This document shows, one piece after another, positions 42,081 through 58,182 of a DNA stretch of 64,000 nt (its first letter is position 1; each line of letters opens with the position of its first letter). Under the pieces are notes generated by a model, which ran no database searches, was not told where the DNA came from, and worked only from the letters and a program-made list of their open reading frames with translations. The position numbers and the translations under genes are program-made. The stretch is taken from contig OX597816.1 in assembly GCA_951406725.2 (NCBI GenBank), forward strand, positions 126,976,001 through 127,040,000, written 5' to 3'. This stretch comes from Octopus vulgaris (Eukaryota).

Positions 42081-43973
42081 TATGTACAGAATTCCTCATC
42101 TCTTAAATAAATATAGAACTACCAGTTGAGTACTGGAGTCAATGAAATCAACTATCTCCCACCCATAGAATAACCAGAAGAGAAGTGATGTTATTCTTAT
42201 TTAAGTAAAAAATACTTACCAATTCCTATACTTTTAAGATATGTGTTCTTTCCATAACTTCATTGAGTTACTTAAATTTTATAAACTTTATTCTTTATTT
42301 TCTTCTTTATGATTAATAAGAATTTGACTTAAAATTTAATGTAATTAATATAAAATATAACTGACTTACTTTAAGTGATTGATATATAAAGTAACTGTTG
42401 TATATACTTAATGAGATTTTTATTTCAGTAACTTAAGGGAAATTTCGTTTAATGTTTATTAATAATTAATTTTTTTTTACAAATTTCCTTTAGTTAGAAA
42501 TTAGCTGCCACATTATGTTCTCTAAATATTATTAATATTCAATTTCAATTTTATATCTGTTTTCAGTTTATATCATATATCTATAGATTAAATTAAAAAA
42601 GAAAACAATTTGTAACCATCTATATTGATGATGAAGTCAGCAACTATAGGGTATTTATTGTCTTCTAAGCAATAATAGATTAAATAAAAAAAACTGGAAA
42701 AATTTTATGACATTGCATGACAATTTATTATTAAGAAGTACCATTATAATGTATAATTGGTTTTCTAGCCAAACACAAAGTAAATGTTATTTTATGGTAA
42801 GTTTAATCAACTGATTGCATTATTTTAATCAAGCTTTCAATTTGATTTTTGGACACTTCAGACTTCTACATATTTTATCTGAAAATCTGTCTGTATGTTT
42901 AAATTTTATCATTATAGACTTATATCTATATCTGAATATTATAGACTTATCATATTTGAATGGCAAAATCAGAAATATTAGTGCTAACAAGCCAAGTTAA
43001 TTTGTGTTCTTAAAAAGAAAAGGACTCTGGATTTCAAGTAATTTAGCAATCTCTTTTCAAACTCTGAATCACAAACCACTGATTATATCAACAGTTCCTG
43101 TCAGATGCATACTTTTCTTACAATAAAGGATATAGAAATTCAATAAGTAATCTGAGAGCTATAAAGATATTTGATGATATCACTAATTTCAATGAAAATT
43201 AACCACACATTTTGTTTAGATAGCATGAAATGTTCCCAACTGAAAGCATCTCCCACTATTGATGTTTCAATTTGCCATCTCTTCAGGATATTTCATGTTA
43301 CCATAATAGAGCTAGCATATATCTTGAAAAGTGTGACCATTTGTACATACAATGTTTAAAGTGGCTGATAATGAAAATGCATTATTAATTCTTGAACATA
43401 TCAAATATATAAACCAATGCAGCATATTATCTTGACGTTAGCTATGATGACAAGTGAGACTGTGAACATATTGAATCCTATTTCTCTTGTTTATACCACC
43501 TAACCTCCCTCTGTATATGTTAACAGTGCATGCACATGTACATGTAAATCTATGTTGACTGGAGTAAAAATGTGGTGAATGAACTGTTGTATGACTTTGA
43601 AATTGTGTATGAACTTTTAGACCATATTTTAAATCCAAGAGAGACTAAACTACAAGTTAGTTTCATAAAAGCTTGGAACCACAGACTCATACTGAAGAAC
43701 AGATCCTCAATTATTCTTTGAATGGAATTAAATGCTCCACATTCATGCAATGGTGCAAGTTTGGAACATCTGGTGCTCTAATGTTATTGTTTAAGGAAGT
43801 TTTGAATAAACACACCATATATCTTTTATGTTTTCTGTATCGTTTTTTTCTTTTTTCGAAAATTTCTGAGAAATTAATGTTTTAAACACCAGAAATTACA
43901 ATTCTGCAACTAAAAAGTGTTTCAAACTTTCAGTTGTTTATTATTTGTCTTTGTCTCACTTCATTTTAAAGTA

Positions 43974-44298
43974 TAGGGTGGTCTAAAAGTCTTGTTGCAA
44001 TATAATAATATCAAACACATCTACTGGTTTTAGTATATTCACTTTCATTGACATTGACACTGTCACACTTCAAGAAGGTCTGTATGAACACCATCATTTT
44101 TGTGACACAGAATGATGTGGTGCCATGTCCTGTGTGATATTTTACAAAGCTGTGCTTTGGTGATTGCTGCAAAGGCTGCCAAAACAGCGTCCTTCAAAAG
44201 TTGGGTATGCTGGGATCACTCTTGTGAAACTCTTGCCTTGTTAATAGAAAATTAAAAACAATATTTACAAGTAGTGTCAAGACTTTCAAACTACCCTG
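43974..44298 (-). mobile_element. Tc1/mariner-superfamily internally deleted element
   Basis: TA|tagggtggtctaaaagtcttg ... caagactttcaaactaccctg|TA. The minus strand has a transposase-C-terminus-like C..NDGVHTDLLE. Confidence 0.7.
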
Positions 44299-44919
44299 TA
44301 CATTCTTGGCAGTAACTTTTTTTTGTTTTAATATTTTTCTAGAAATATATGCTTTAAACATAGGCGATTGTTATTCTATGCAAAAAATAGCACTAGAGTT
44401 GGGGTTAGTATTTATGATTAGGATCAGATATGGTATTAGGTTTTAGATTTTAGGGATAAGATAAGGGTTAGTGTTTTGAGTTAGAGTCTGAGGCAATGTT
44501 CAGGTTTAGTGTTAGCACTTAGGATTATGGTTTCGGGTTAAAGTAAAGATTATGTTGAAACAGATATTGGGGAGATTGAAAAGATTTGAATTTGTGAACA
44601 ATATTTTGCCGTTACCAGAACTGAAATTGCATTTGTTTAAAACTTGGATAATCTGACAAGAAGAAATTTTGTTATAACAAAAAAAATCTACAAAGTGTTC
44701 TTAGTCTGAAATTTCAACATGTTATTTTTACTAAAAGATTTACTGTTTGCTAAATGAATTGCTTTGTGATGTTACTGTTGATTCCCTGAGTCTTTCACAA
44801 TTTTGGCATCATCAGATATTTCATCTAGTTTTATATAAATTAAAACTGTTTTATATCTTAAATATTTACAATAAATTACATGCGTGTATATATATGTATA
44901 CATATATATGTGTACACAT

Positions 44920-45075
44920 GTGTGGCTGTGTGGTTGCTTCCCAACCACCATATTGTTCCAGGTTCAATCCTACTGCACGGCACCTTGGGCAAGTGTCTTC
45001 TACTATAGATATGGGCTGACCAAAGCCTTATGAATAGATTTTGCAGATGGAAACTGAAAGAAACCTATTGTGTGT

Positions 45076-45112
<37 letters not shown>

Positions 45113-45135
45113 CATATGCATACATACATGTGTGC

Positions 45136-45185
<50 letters not shown>

Positions 45186-45428
45186 TATACATACACATAT
45201 GCATATATGTGTGTGTTTCTGTATTTGTCCTCCACCATCGCTTGGCAACCAGTGTTGGTGTGTTTGCATCCCTGTAACTTAGCGGCTCAGCAAAATATAC
45301 CAATAGGCTTAAAAATAATAAGTCCTGGGGTTGATTTCTTTAACTAAACCCTTTTAAGGTGGTGCTCCAATATGGCCACAGTTAAATGACAGAACAAGTA
45401 AAAGAATAAATATAGAATAAATAAAAGA
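44920..45428 (+). mobile_element. tRNA-derived SINE with CORE-like motif and internal (TA)n
   Basis: tgtggctgtgtggt...caggttcaatcc...caccttgggcaagtgtcttctactatag; tail aaggtggtgctccaatatggccacag...aagtaaaagaataaa. Confidence 0.7.
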
Positions 45429-45441
45429 ATATATATGTATG

Positions 45442-45484
<43 letters not shown>

Positions 45485-46437
45485 TTATACATGTGCGTGT
45501 GTATGTGAATACAATGGCATACATATTCATTATTAATGTGTTCAAGCAGATATGAAATATGAATATGCAAATTGCTGTTGTATTTCAGCTTTGGAGAACA
45601 CCTCCTTTTGGCTGATGTGTGGACAACATCCTCAATTCATTGACATAAAGGTACTTTGAGACACTGATGTTTTGACCTGGTTGTTCTCTTCTGTCAAAGC
45701 TATCAATAAATCTAAACATGAAAGGTGGCACATTTTTTTCCATAGAATCAACCAACAAATTATTTACTACTGAATGCTGATGTTTGTCAAAATGATAATA
45801 AATTGTTGTGTGCGAGTTAATACAATGGATAAAGAGAGAGAGACAGATGGTGAAAAGTGGGCCTGAAAATGAATGTCATGAATAATGAACAAGGGTTCTG
45901 GCATAGTTGATTGTAAATATCTGTTCAGCATGGGTAAGGGGAAAAAGTAGGAATACCTCAAGAAGGAGGAGGTGGTAAGTGACAGTAAGCATTTCTTAAA
46001 GACATATACTGCCAATATGAACGCCACAGTTTAACAGGCTTTCATTGATATATTTCCTTTAAGTTTGATATACAGATTGCTACTTTGAACTAATACTACT
46101 GCTGTTGCTAATAAATTTTACTCAGACTGCTGGATATCAGTGATTTTTAAAATATTTTTTAACTGTATCCGTAGTAGCTGATTTTTTCCCCCTTGTATGT
46201 GGTGTCAGGGAATACTGGCCACTGACAAAACTCAAAGAAGCAGAAATACATAATTAGGTATGCCACTACAGCTGTGTTTTTTTAGCTCTATACATCTAAA
46301 AGAGATCCTCTCTAGAGACAAATACTGTACTTTAATAGGCTTTCCACAGTATATCTGCCTTAGGTGTGATGTGCAGATTGTTATATTGAACTAATACTGC
46401 TTCCATTGCTAATAATGAATGTATGTATGTATGTATG

Positions 46438-46482
<45 letters not shown>

Positions 46483-47373
46483 GTGTGTTATATATATAAA
46501 ATAATATATACATACACCCAAAAATTTATGTCAATTTATATGTATTTGTACACCATGCATATACATTTTCAGTTTTTCTCTTTCTCTATGGAAATTCATT
46601 TTATCATAATGTAAAGTAATATAAATAAATAATCATGCCTCATACGAAATTTTCTTATTTCCATTTATTTAATTGCATATACTTTTTTTCTGATAAATAC
46701 ATCAGTAACTGCACAATATTTTGTTGAATGTTCAACTCTTAAGGTATATCTAAAAATATTTTTTTTAGATTATTTTAATACATTTGTAACACTGGATGTT
46801 TGTATACCCATATATTATTTATATTCAAGTCTGTAATCTATTAAATTTGTTAAATTCAATCAAAATAAAATGAATTTATTAAAAAGGAGTATTTTTTCAA
46901 TGAGAGTTTAATAGCATATGCATTTCTGTGTAAAATAATATTAAATAGCTCTGAAACTCTTTAAGAGACTAAAGAATTTTCTCTTTGAGTTTCTTTCTAT
47001 GTTATCAGCAACAAAAGTGATTTCAAACTGCTAGTTCAATTGTTAGATAAGGTAGGCTTCTGACATCCAAAACTCTTTTTATTCTTGATATATTTATTGA
47101 GCTTATTTTTTTTGGTATTCATTTCTGGCCAGTCAAGCTGCAACAGACTTAACAGAATAAAGTTTGTTAATAGAACACCTAAGAACATTTTATGTGTCAT
47201 CTTGTTTGCATATTCCATATTTCAATTTGACTTAAAAACTTAGAGCACTCTTATTTATTTAATAACTTACTTTGCTGGATGCAGTGTACTGGTCACTCTA
47301 GGATGCTTTTAATTTGCTAATTTTATCACAAGATGGCTTTGGTTGAGAATATAACATTTGAACACTTTTTTTT

Positions 47374-47505
47374 TACAGTTCTATATTTAAGAGCTGAAGA
47401 ATTATGTACATTATTTACACTTGATGGATATTTGTCCTCATCTTGTTTGTTGTTAACACAACAGGTGTCTTGAGGAAATTTCGAACCACTACGCCATATG
47501 CCCAC
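47374..47505 (-). mobile_element. Family D element with two internal deletions
   Basis: Minus strand: gtgggcatatggcgtagt|ggttcgaaatttcctcaagacacct|gttgtgttaacaacaaacaagatgaggac...aaatatagaactgta. Confidence 0.8.
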
Positions 47506-48734
47506 ATCCTCTTCATCATCATCCTACTCATCATCATCATCATCATCATAATCATCATGTATTATCATTCAATGCCTGACTTCTATGCTGGCATGTGTTG
47601 GACAGCTTAACATGATCCAACTTAGTCTGAAGACTGTATGATGCCACAGTGTCTACTCTGGTATGGTTTCTGTGGTCAGGTTCCTTTCTTAATGTCAGGT
47701 ACCTTATAGAGTATTTTTTGTGGGGCATTGGTACTAATGATGATGGCTTCACATTTTACAAGTTGAGGAGTCTTTTCTCTCCTATTTACAAGTTGAGGAG
47801 TCTTTTCTCTCCTAAAGTGGCTCTATAATTGACAGAAAAGAAAAGTGAGTGATAATGATTCCAAGTGGAGGGATGAGAAGGACTAAAATAAGAAAAGAGA
47901 GTGAGGTAGTATGGCAGTGAACCGGGGAAAGGGTAGGAATTAGTGTTATTAAGACAAGGAGAAACATAGATGAAATGTAATAGGGTGGGTTATGTGTGAT
48001 GGAGTTCAGGGCTACCCAACATTATAAGAGCAAGTATGAACAGAAAGTGTAATGGAAAGAGGAGAGGAAGAGGGCAATAGATGAGAGTAGAGGGGGATCC
48101 TGAGAGAGTCACTGAAGGAAAGAGAAGGGTAGAGGGTTGTGGTAGTAGGCCAGCAGAGGAAAAAAATCAAGAGTTTTGAGTGGGTAGAGAAACTGTTGGT
48201 AGTGGGCAGTGAGAGAAAAGAAGGAAGTATTTGAGGGGCAGTGGATGAGTGCATTGAGAGTTGTGAGGGAAGGAGACACTGTATGAGAAAGTTGATAAGA
48301 ATAGCTGCTAAACTATAGAATAAAAAATTTTATATTTATATTGAATAATATATCTATTACTGAATTTTCTAAAAGTTAAATAAAATTATTTTATAGCCTA
48401 AATTCTGTGATAAAGAGACTAAATTTACATTTTATATGTTTCAATTACAATTTTCTATTTATGAGAGAAAAACAATATCATTTTTTAAAAGAGGATATAA
48501 TAGGACATCATAAAATATATTTTCAATCTAAATAATATATGTCATTCTTTCGAAATTAGAAAATGTTTCACATACACTTTCTCTCAAAAGAGTAAGGTTT
48601 TAGTTTGAACATGTTCATTTAAAGAAAATTGTCTAATAGTTTCAGGACAGATCATATATAAACAGAAGCATTTGATTTATTTCTCAGCACCTGAAGTGGG
48701 AGGTGAATATACTTGGAGAAAACTTAAATAGAAA

Positions 48735-48921
48735 ACATTATTTACATTATTTACGTTTGATGGATATTTATCCTCATGTTGTTTGTTGTTAACACAATGT
48801 TTTGGCTGATATACCATCAGGTGTCTTGGGGAAATTTCGAACCTGGGTTCTCATTCCTAAGGTATTTTTCATTCTTCTTCTTCTTCTTCTTCTTCTTCTT
48901 CTTCTTCTTCTTCTTCTTCTT

Positions 48922-48996
<75 letters not shown>

Positions 48997-49165
48997 ATAT
49001 ACCTTAGGAATGAGAACCCATGTTAAAAATTTCCCCAAGACACCTAATGAAGGCTGGAGGGTATATCAGCTGAAACATTGTGTTAACAACAAACAAGATA
49101 AGGAAACATATACGTCAAATGTAAATAATGTAAATAATTCCTCGTCTCTTAAATATAGAACTGTA
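48735..49165. mobile_element. Inverted pair of family D tails around (TTC)n(TTA)n
   Basis: 48735-48870 (minus) and 48999-49165 (plus) both carry taccttaggaatgagaaccca...ccccaagacacct...aacaacaaaca. Confidence 0.85.
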
Positions 49166-50379
49166 TTAAACAGAAAAGTACAGCAGTATATTCAGAATTC
49201 AATTTTTAATCTAATTTTGTTTAATGTTATAAGAACTTGAGATTTATGCAATCTCTTAAAATAACAAACCAAACTTCTTAGAATAGGATTTTACATAGCA
49301 ATAATTTAAAATGTAACAGAAGCCATTTGAATAGAAATAATGTAAGAATGAAATGTTCGTTTATGAATACTTTATTATTGATTTTACTTCTAAAATGTAC
49401 TACATTTTTACTTTATTTGAAGGTTCCAAATCTTGGAAGCTGATACATCACTAAGAAATAATCCCTTTCACAATATTTAGAATATTTAAATCATATGTCC
49501 ACTATTGTCAAAATACACTGAACAGGTTCAATATAGCATTGTAAAAGCACTCCTCTCTAAATATGGAACACTTAGAAAAGAAATTGGCTTGAGCCCAAGC
49601 AAAATATAGACAGAACTGATGTTAAGAGTATTAAATTGTCTATTCTTGATAAATATGTGAAACAGAGACCAACATTAAGGATTGCAATCTAAGAGAAATA
49701 TTACCGTCTTATATTTGATATTTTGATTGATAATGATATTTGTTTTCAGCAGAAAGCTTAAGTAAATACTAATTCACAGTCATTCTCATATAATTATTTT
49801 TGTTTTTAATCATTGTCATAAAGAAAACTTAATTAAATTGCTCTAAGGAAATAGCTTCAAAGAAGTATTTTAAAAGGTGCATAATTGTATTAATTCACAT
49901 AAAGTTTTATGTTCTTTTTATAAGTAAAATATTTTTAAAGAATTGTATTTTTCATTTCATTTCATCTAGTTTCAGCTCACGAGCTGTGGCCATGCTGGGG
50001 CACTGTCATTATTGTAAATTTATTACACTATTATTTATGCATGTATGTGTATGTATGAATTATGTATGTGCATGTGTATGTGTTTGTGTGTGTAAGTGTG
50101 TGTGCATGTTTGTAAATATGTATGTATCTACATACATTAATATTGAAGAAATTATCAAATCACCATAAGTTGCTGAGTACCTGACTGCCAGAAACATATT
50201 GCACGGAGACTGGTTATTGATGGCAGATATATAATTTCTGTGGAGTGCAAGTGTATATTTATGTTTTTGTTTTAGCAAATTAATCTCTCTACATATGATA
50301 TTTTTAGTTTTAATTGAGCACTCTCTAAGTTGGCCTTACATGAAAGAATAATTATCAGTTTGACTACAAGTATTCACAT

Positions 50380-50750
50380 GCACTGGGAATTATCACTGAG
50401 ATGCTTAAAACATCAGGAGTAGGATATAGAGCAGGAGTCACCCATATAGTTAATCAGGCTATACAAGAAGTCAGTGCCAAATTTAAATTACTGCACCAGG
50501 TCATGAAAGTTATAGAGATATTTATGGTCCACTTAATTAGGAGAAAAAATAAAGCTAGATGAAATGCAGTTTGGTTTTGTCCTGGGAAGAAGAACTACTG
50601 TTGCTATCTTCTAAGACAGTTTTAAAATTATTTAGCTAAGAATAAACCATTGTATTTGGCATTTGTTGACCTGGGGAAAACCTTTGACAAAGTCCCTTGC
50701 TCTGTGATCTGGTGGTCTTTAAGGAAGCTGTAGAAGCCATATACATGGCA
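50380..50750 (+). mobile_element. RTE-clade LINE RT fragment, decayed
   Basis: EMQFGFVLGRRTTVAIF and NKPLYLAFVDLGKTFDKVP. Confidence 0.8.
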
Positions 50751-52041
50751 CAGAATTTTAAATTTGTGTGCTCCACAACTTTTGTATAACTTATTCATTG
50801 ATGTAAAATTATTAAATTGTTAATTATGAGAGTTAGATAAGCAATCTGGATTGAACAACAGGTCGTATTGTAATGGAAAAGCAAGTGGGTTAACTGGTTA
50901 ATGAAACAGTTTGAAGAGGTGATCATTATTTTTGTGAATGATATTGACATAATACCCCTGGCTACAGCATATATGAGAGTTATAATAACTCTGTAATTGC
51001 TCATGGTTAAAGACATTTACGAATTATAAGACGGTCTTTTGATCTTTTGATGCTACTATAGCTATATTGAGAACATAGGCTTTTTTCAAAGTAAGTAAAT
51101 GGGATTTTTGTTAGAACTTCTTAGCTTCTTAGAAGCAGTCTGCATAGGGATTGAGGTTTTTATTTGTAGAATGGTAAGAATGCAATTCTGTTTTCTGGAG
51201 ATGAGCAATATATAGACTTTGCTATCAGTCCTATTGTAAAATGTATTGAGTTAGGATTATTAATGCAAGATATGTTGGATTGTTCAAAGATATTGAGATT
51301 ACAAATGGATTATGCTTGCATTTGGGAGAGGAATGAAAGTGGTGTCAACAGCATAATGGCATACTTGATTGGAAATGATAAATCTTTCTTCTGCAACATA
51401 GGATACACATCAAAGATTAAGCTCCAGTAACTGTGATCAGAAATGAAATGGCTCTACTGCAAACTGTTAAACATATTGGAAAGTAGTGATTATTCATCAT
51501 AGAAGAAATTCTATGATCGTCAGTAAGTTATATTTGAAAATATTGAATGGTGCATATTTGAGATCAGAACAATAATTTGTTCATTTGTAAATAATTTATA
51601 ACACTGAAATGTTATTTGAAAATTTGAATAATATGTAAAATATATTAGAACACAAATTTGTTTTATAGCTCAGCATGTTATTATAAAATAATATAGGTGC
51701 TACCTAGCTACAGAATCTTCAGCCTTGAAATACATTATTTTAAAGTTTGCATCATTTCTTGAAAATATTTTGAGTTTCATTAACTAATACATTACTTGAT
51801 TAAAACCTTTGTTTGAAATTTGCATACAATCAATACTTAAAAATCTTCAAAATCAAAACATATTAAAATTAAGCTATATATGTAGAATATTATCAGAAGT
51901 TATATACATAGGAATATTGTAAGAATTTAAAATCCATGAAAATATGTTTATTTGGTGAATAATATATATTCTTACCTTAGAATTACATTCTTATAAGCAT
52001 AATTACTCTACAGCAATGGTATAGATTTTATTCATGACTGA

Positions 52042-53959
<1,918 letters not shown>

Positions 53960-53974
53960 AATATAATAATAATA

Positions 53975-55034
<1,060 letters not shown>

Positions 55035-56828
55035 TGCCAAATCCATGGCCGAGATACTGCAGAAACAATACTGCTCTGTTTTCAGCAATCCTGATATGGC
55101 CGATCTGGGCTGTATCAGTGATGTCAACCCCCAACACACTATATCGGACATAACGTTTAGTGCCCCTGATGTCTTAGCGGCGATAAACGAAATAAAACAC
55201 AATTCAGCAGTAGGCCCCGATAGGTTCCCTGCTTGTGTCCTGAAGGTGTGTCGACACCAACTTGCATCTCCCCTTGCTAATCTGTGGAGAAACTCACTGG
55301 ATGCTGGCTATATTCCAAAAAACCTTCTGTCCCAGTCTGTTGTCCCAGTTTTCAAAAAGGGAAACAAGTCCCTTGCAGTGAATTACCGTCCGATCTCACT
55401 CACCTCTCATATCATCAAGGTATTTGAGAGGGTGGTGAGATCTCGAATAACCCAATTTCTGGAAAGCAACAGACGGCTGATCTCCAGCCAACATGGGTTC
55501 CGTAATGGAAGGGACTGCCTAACGCAGCTCCTGCATCACTTTGAGGACATTTTGAGAGCTTTGGGAGAGGGCTCCAACACTGATGTCATCTACCTTGATT
55601 TCAGTAAGGCCTTCGACAGGGTCGATCACAAGATCCTATTGAAAAAACTATCCAACATTGGTGTCTCTGGAAAGTTACTGAAATGGATCAAGTGTTTCCT
55701 GACAGACAGATCTCAACATGTTGTAGTTGAAGGGGTAAAATCAAGCCCAGCCAAAGTCAGTAGTGGCATTCCGCAAGGCACTGTGCTGGGCCCACTTCTT
55801 TTCATCATTTACATTAATGACATTAATGACATCATCAAGCACAGCAACATAAAAATCTTTGCAGATGACTCCAAGCTACAGAAGGTCATAAATGAGGCGA
55901 GTGACTGGACATGCCTTCAGTCAGATCTACTGGCTGTTTTCCAATGGGCAGAAAAAAACAATATGCTGCTGAACGAGGATAAATTTGAGCTAATCCACTT
56001 TGGAAAAGAGGATGCCCTGAAACTCCCATACTCCCTTCTTTCAGGTGAAACTCTCGCGGTGTCCAACAACATCAGAGACTTGGGAGTAATTGTGGACAAT
56101 AACATAAGCTGGGCCACTCATATAAACACCAAAGTTGACATGGCCCGCAGAATGTGTTCCTGGATTCTCAGAACTTTCCAGTCGAGAGATATCCACACCA
56201 TTATCCTTCTTTTCTCCACTTTTGCCCGACCACACCTTGAATACTGTTGTCCACTGTGGTCTCCCCACACAATACAAGGTATCATAAAAGTTGAAGCACC
56301 TCAAAGGGCAATCACAAAAAAGATAGATGGCATGACAGGCCTCGACTATTGGGGTCGACTAGAAAAGCTAAAACTCTATTCTCTCCAACGTCGTCGTGAG
56401 CGCTACATCATCTGCATGATGTGGAAAATATTCCATCAGCATTGCCCAAATGATGTTGGCATCACCTTTAAGGTACATCCAAGGCTTGGGCCCCGTGCCA
56501 TCCGCCCAAAACAAAAATCGCACTCTCATCTCATAACAACAATACGGCACAATTATTTCACCTCGATTGGCCCCGCTCTCTTTAACATTACACCAAAACA
56601 CATTAACACAGAAACTGACCCTATAGGGTTCAAGAAGTCTTTGGACAGATTCCTTCAAGAAATCCCGGATAAACCCCCTACACCCGGATATGTCTCTGTA
56701 AACAATAACTCTCTACTTGAGTGGGCCATAGTGCCCAAATTCTGACTTGAAAGACTCACCAGGTGGTGCTATTAAGTTAGACATGGCCTGGGCCAATAAT
56801 GGCCGAAACCTATCAAAGTATCAAAGTA
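55035..56828 (+). mobile_element. 5'-truncated CR1-group (CR1/L2-like) LINE
   Basis: RT ORF, short 3' UTR with stem-loop ggcca-ataa-tggcc, and an 8-bp repeat tail (tatcaaag)n. (TA)n on both sides. Confidence 0.93.
55045..56745 (+). CDS. LINE ORF2 reverse transcriptase (566 aa, N-terminally truncated, no APE endonuclease)
   Basis: Uninterrupted ORF with [49 protein letters not shown] and [13 protein letters not shown] motifs. Confidence 0.93.
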   Translation: MAEILQKQYCSVFSNPDMADLGCISDVNPQHTISDITFSAPDVLAAINEIKHNSAVGPDRFPACVLKVCRHQLASPLANLWRNSLDAGYIPKNLLSQSVVPVFKKGNKSLAVNYRPISLTSHIIKVFERVVRSRITQFLESNRRLISSQHGFRNGRDCLTQLLHHFEDILRALGEGSNTDVIYLDFSKAFDRVDHKILLKKLSNIGVSGKLLKWIKCFLTDRSQHVVVEGVKSSPAKVSSGIPQGTVLGPLLFIIYINDINDIIKHSNIKIFADDSKLQKVINEASDWTCLQSDLLAVFQWAEKNNMLLNEDKFELIHFGKEDALKLPYSLLSGETLAVSNNIRDLGVIVDNNISWATHINTKVDMARRMCSWILRTFQSRDIHTIILLFSTFARPHLEYCCPLWSPHTIQGIIKVEAPQRAITKKIDGMTGLDYWGRLEKLKLYSLQRRRERYIICMMWKIFHQHCPNDVGITFKVHPRLGPRAIRPKQKSHSHLITTIRHNYFTSIGPALFNITPKHINTETDPIGFKKSLDRFLQEIPDKPPTPGYVSVNNNSLLEWAIVPKF

Positions 56829-56851
56829 TATATACATATACATATATATAT

Positions 56852-57137
<286 letters not shown>

Positions 57138-57149
57138 AAAAAAAAAAAT

Positions 57150-57265
<116 letters not shown>

Positions 57266-57267
57266 CA

Positions 57268-57300
<33 letters not shown>

Positions 57301-57586
57301 TTCAACAATTGAGGGTAAAATTAATTAATTATTAATCAATTTCACCAAGTGTTCAGTATGCAAAGGGACCATTTAAGGCGAATTCAAATTATTACATTAT
57401 ATAAAAGGGCTTAGTAAAATAAATTACTTTGCCGCATACTGAACTCATTAGAAATAGCAGCTAAAAAACTTTTTTAAAGCTATTTCTAATACTTAAAGAA
57501 AATCTCTCTCATATATAGTGTTTGCTTAATTCAACTCACAAAAGTTTGGGGGTAAGGACATCAAAAAATCAAATGCTAAGGTTATT

Positions 57587-57638
57587 TGAGAACGTACGTT
57601 TCAAGATTAGTCAAAACAACACTTCTATCATCAGCTCA
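57587..57638 (-). ncRNA. Type I minimal hammerhead ribozyme-like motif, copy 1
   Basis: RNA: UGAG-CUGAUGA-UAGA...UCUU-GAAA-CGUACG-UU-CUCA. Stem I UGAG/CUCA; palindromic stem III ACGUACGU. Confidence 0.8.
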
Positions 57639-58130
57639 GAAACTCCTTGGTTTGGATTTGGAAACACTGAAAGTAAGAACATACCCTTTCGAAGATCCGC
57701 TCGTAACTAACAGTGCCAACAAACCCAAATAAGCAAGCGAAGAATTTCTGTTCTCCCCTTTCCACCAGCGTGGGTTAAAATCATCAAACACTATGCTTAT
57801 TTCGGTAAAATCCGAAGCATTAATTAGAGGGAGATTAATTATAATTTCAACAATTGAGGGTAAAATTAATCAATTATTAATCAATTTCACCAAGTGTTCA
57901 GTATGCAAAGGGACCATTTAAGGCGAATTCAAATTATTACATTATATAAAAGGGCTTAGTAAAATAAATTACTTTGCCGCATACTGAACTCATTAGAAAT
58001 AGCAGCTAAAAAACTTTTTTAAAGCTATTTCTAATACTTAAAGAAAATCTCTCTCATATATAGTGTTTGCTTAATTCAACTCACAAAAGTTTGGGGTAAG
58101 GACATCAAAAAATCAAATGCTAAGGTTATT

Positions 58131-58182
58131 TGAGAACGTACGTTTCAAGATTAGTCAAAACAACACTTCTATCATCAGCTCA
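58131..58182 (-). ncRNA. Type I minimal hammerhead ribozyme-like motif, copy 2
   Basis: Identical to 57587-57638, 544 nt away. Confidence 0.8.

Noticed and set aside
47755-47814. 29-bp exact tandem duplication
   Set aside because: Ordinary local slippage at a SINE edge with no further structure.
48776-49038. Poly-F/L/I/K/N ORFs
   Set aside because: Translations of the (TTC)n(TTA)n microsatellite.
56783-56812. ggcctgggccaataatggccgaaacc in the LINE 3' UTR as a hammerhead
   Set aside because: It has a stem and GAAAC but no CUGANGA; better explained as the usual LINE 3' recognition stem-loop.
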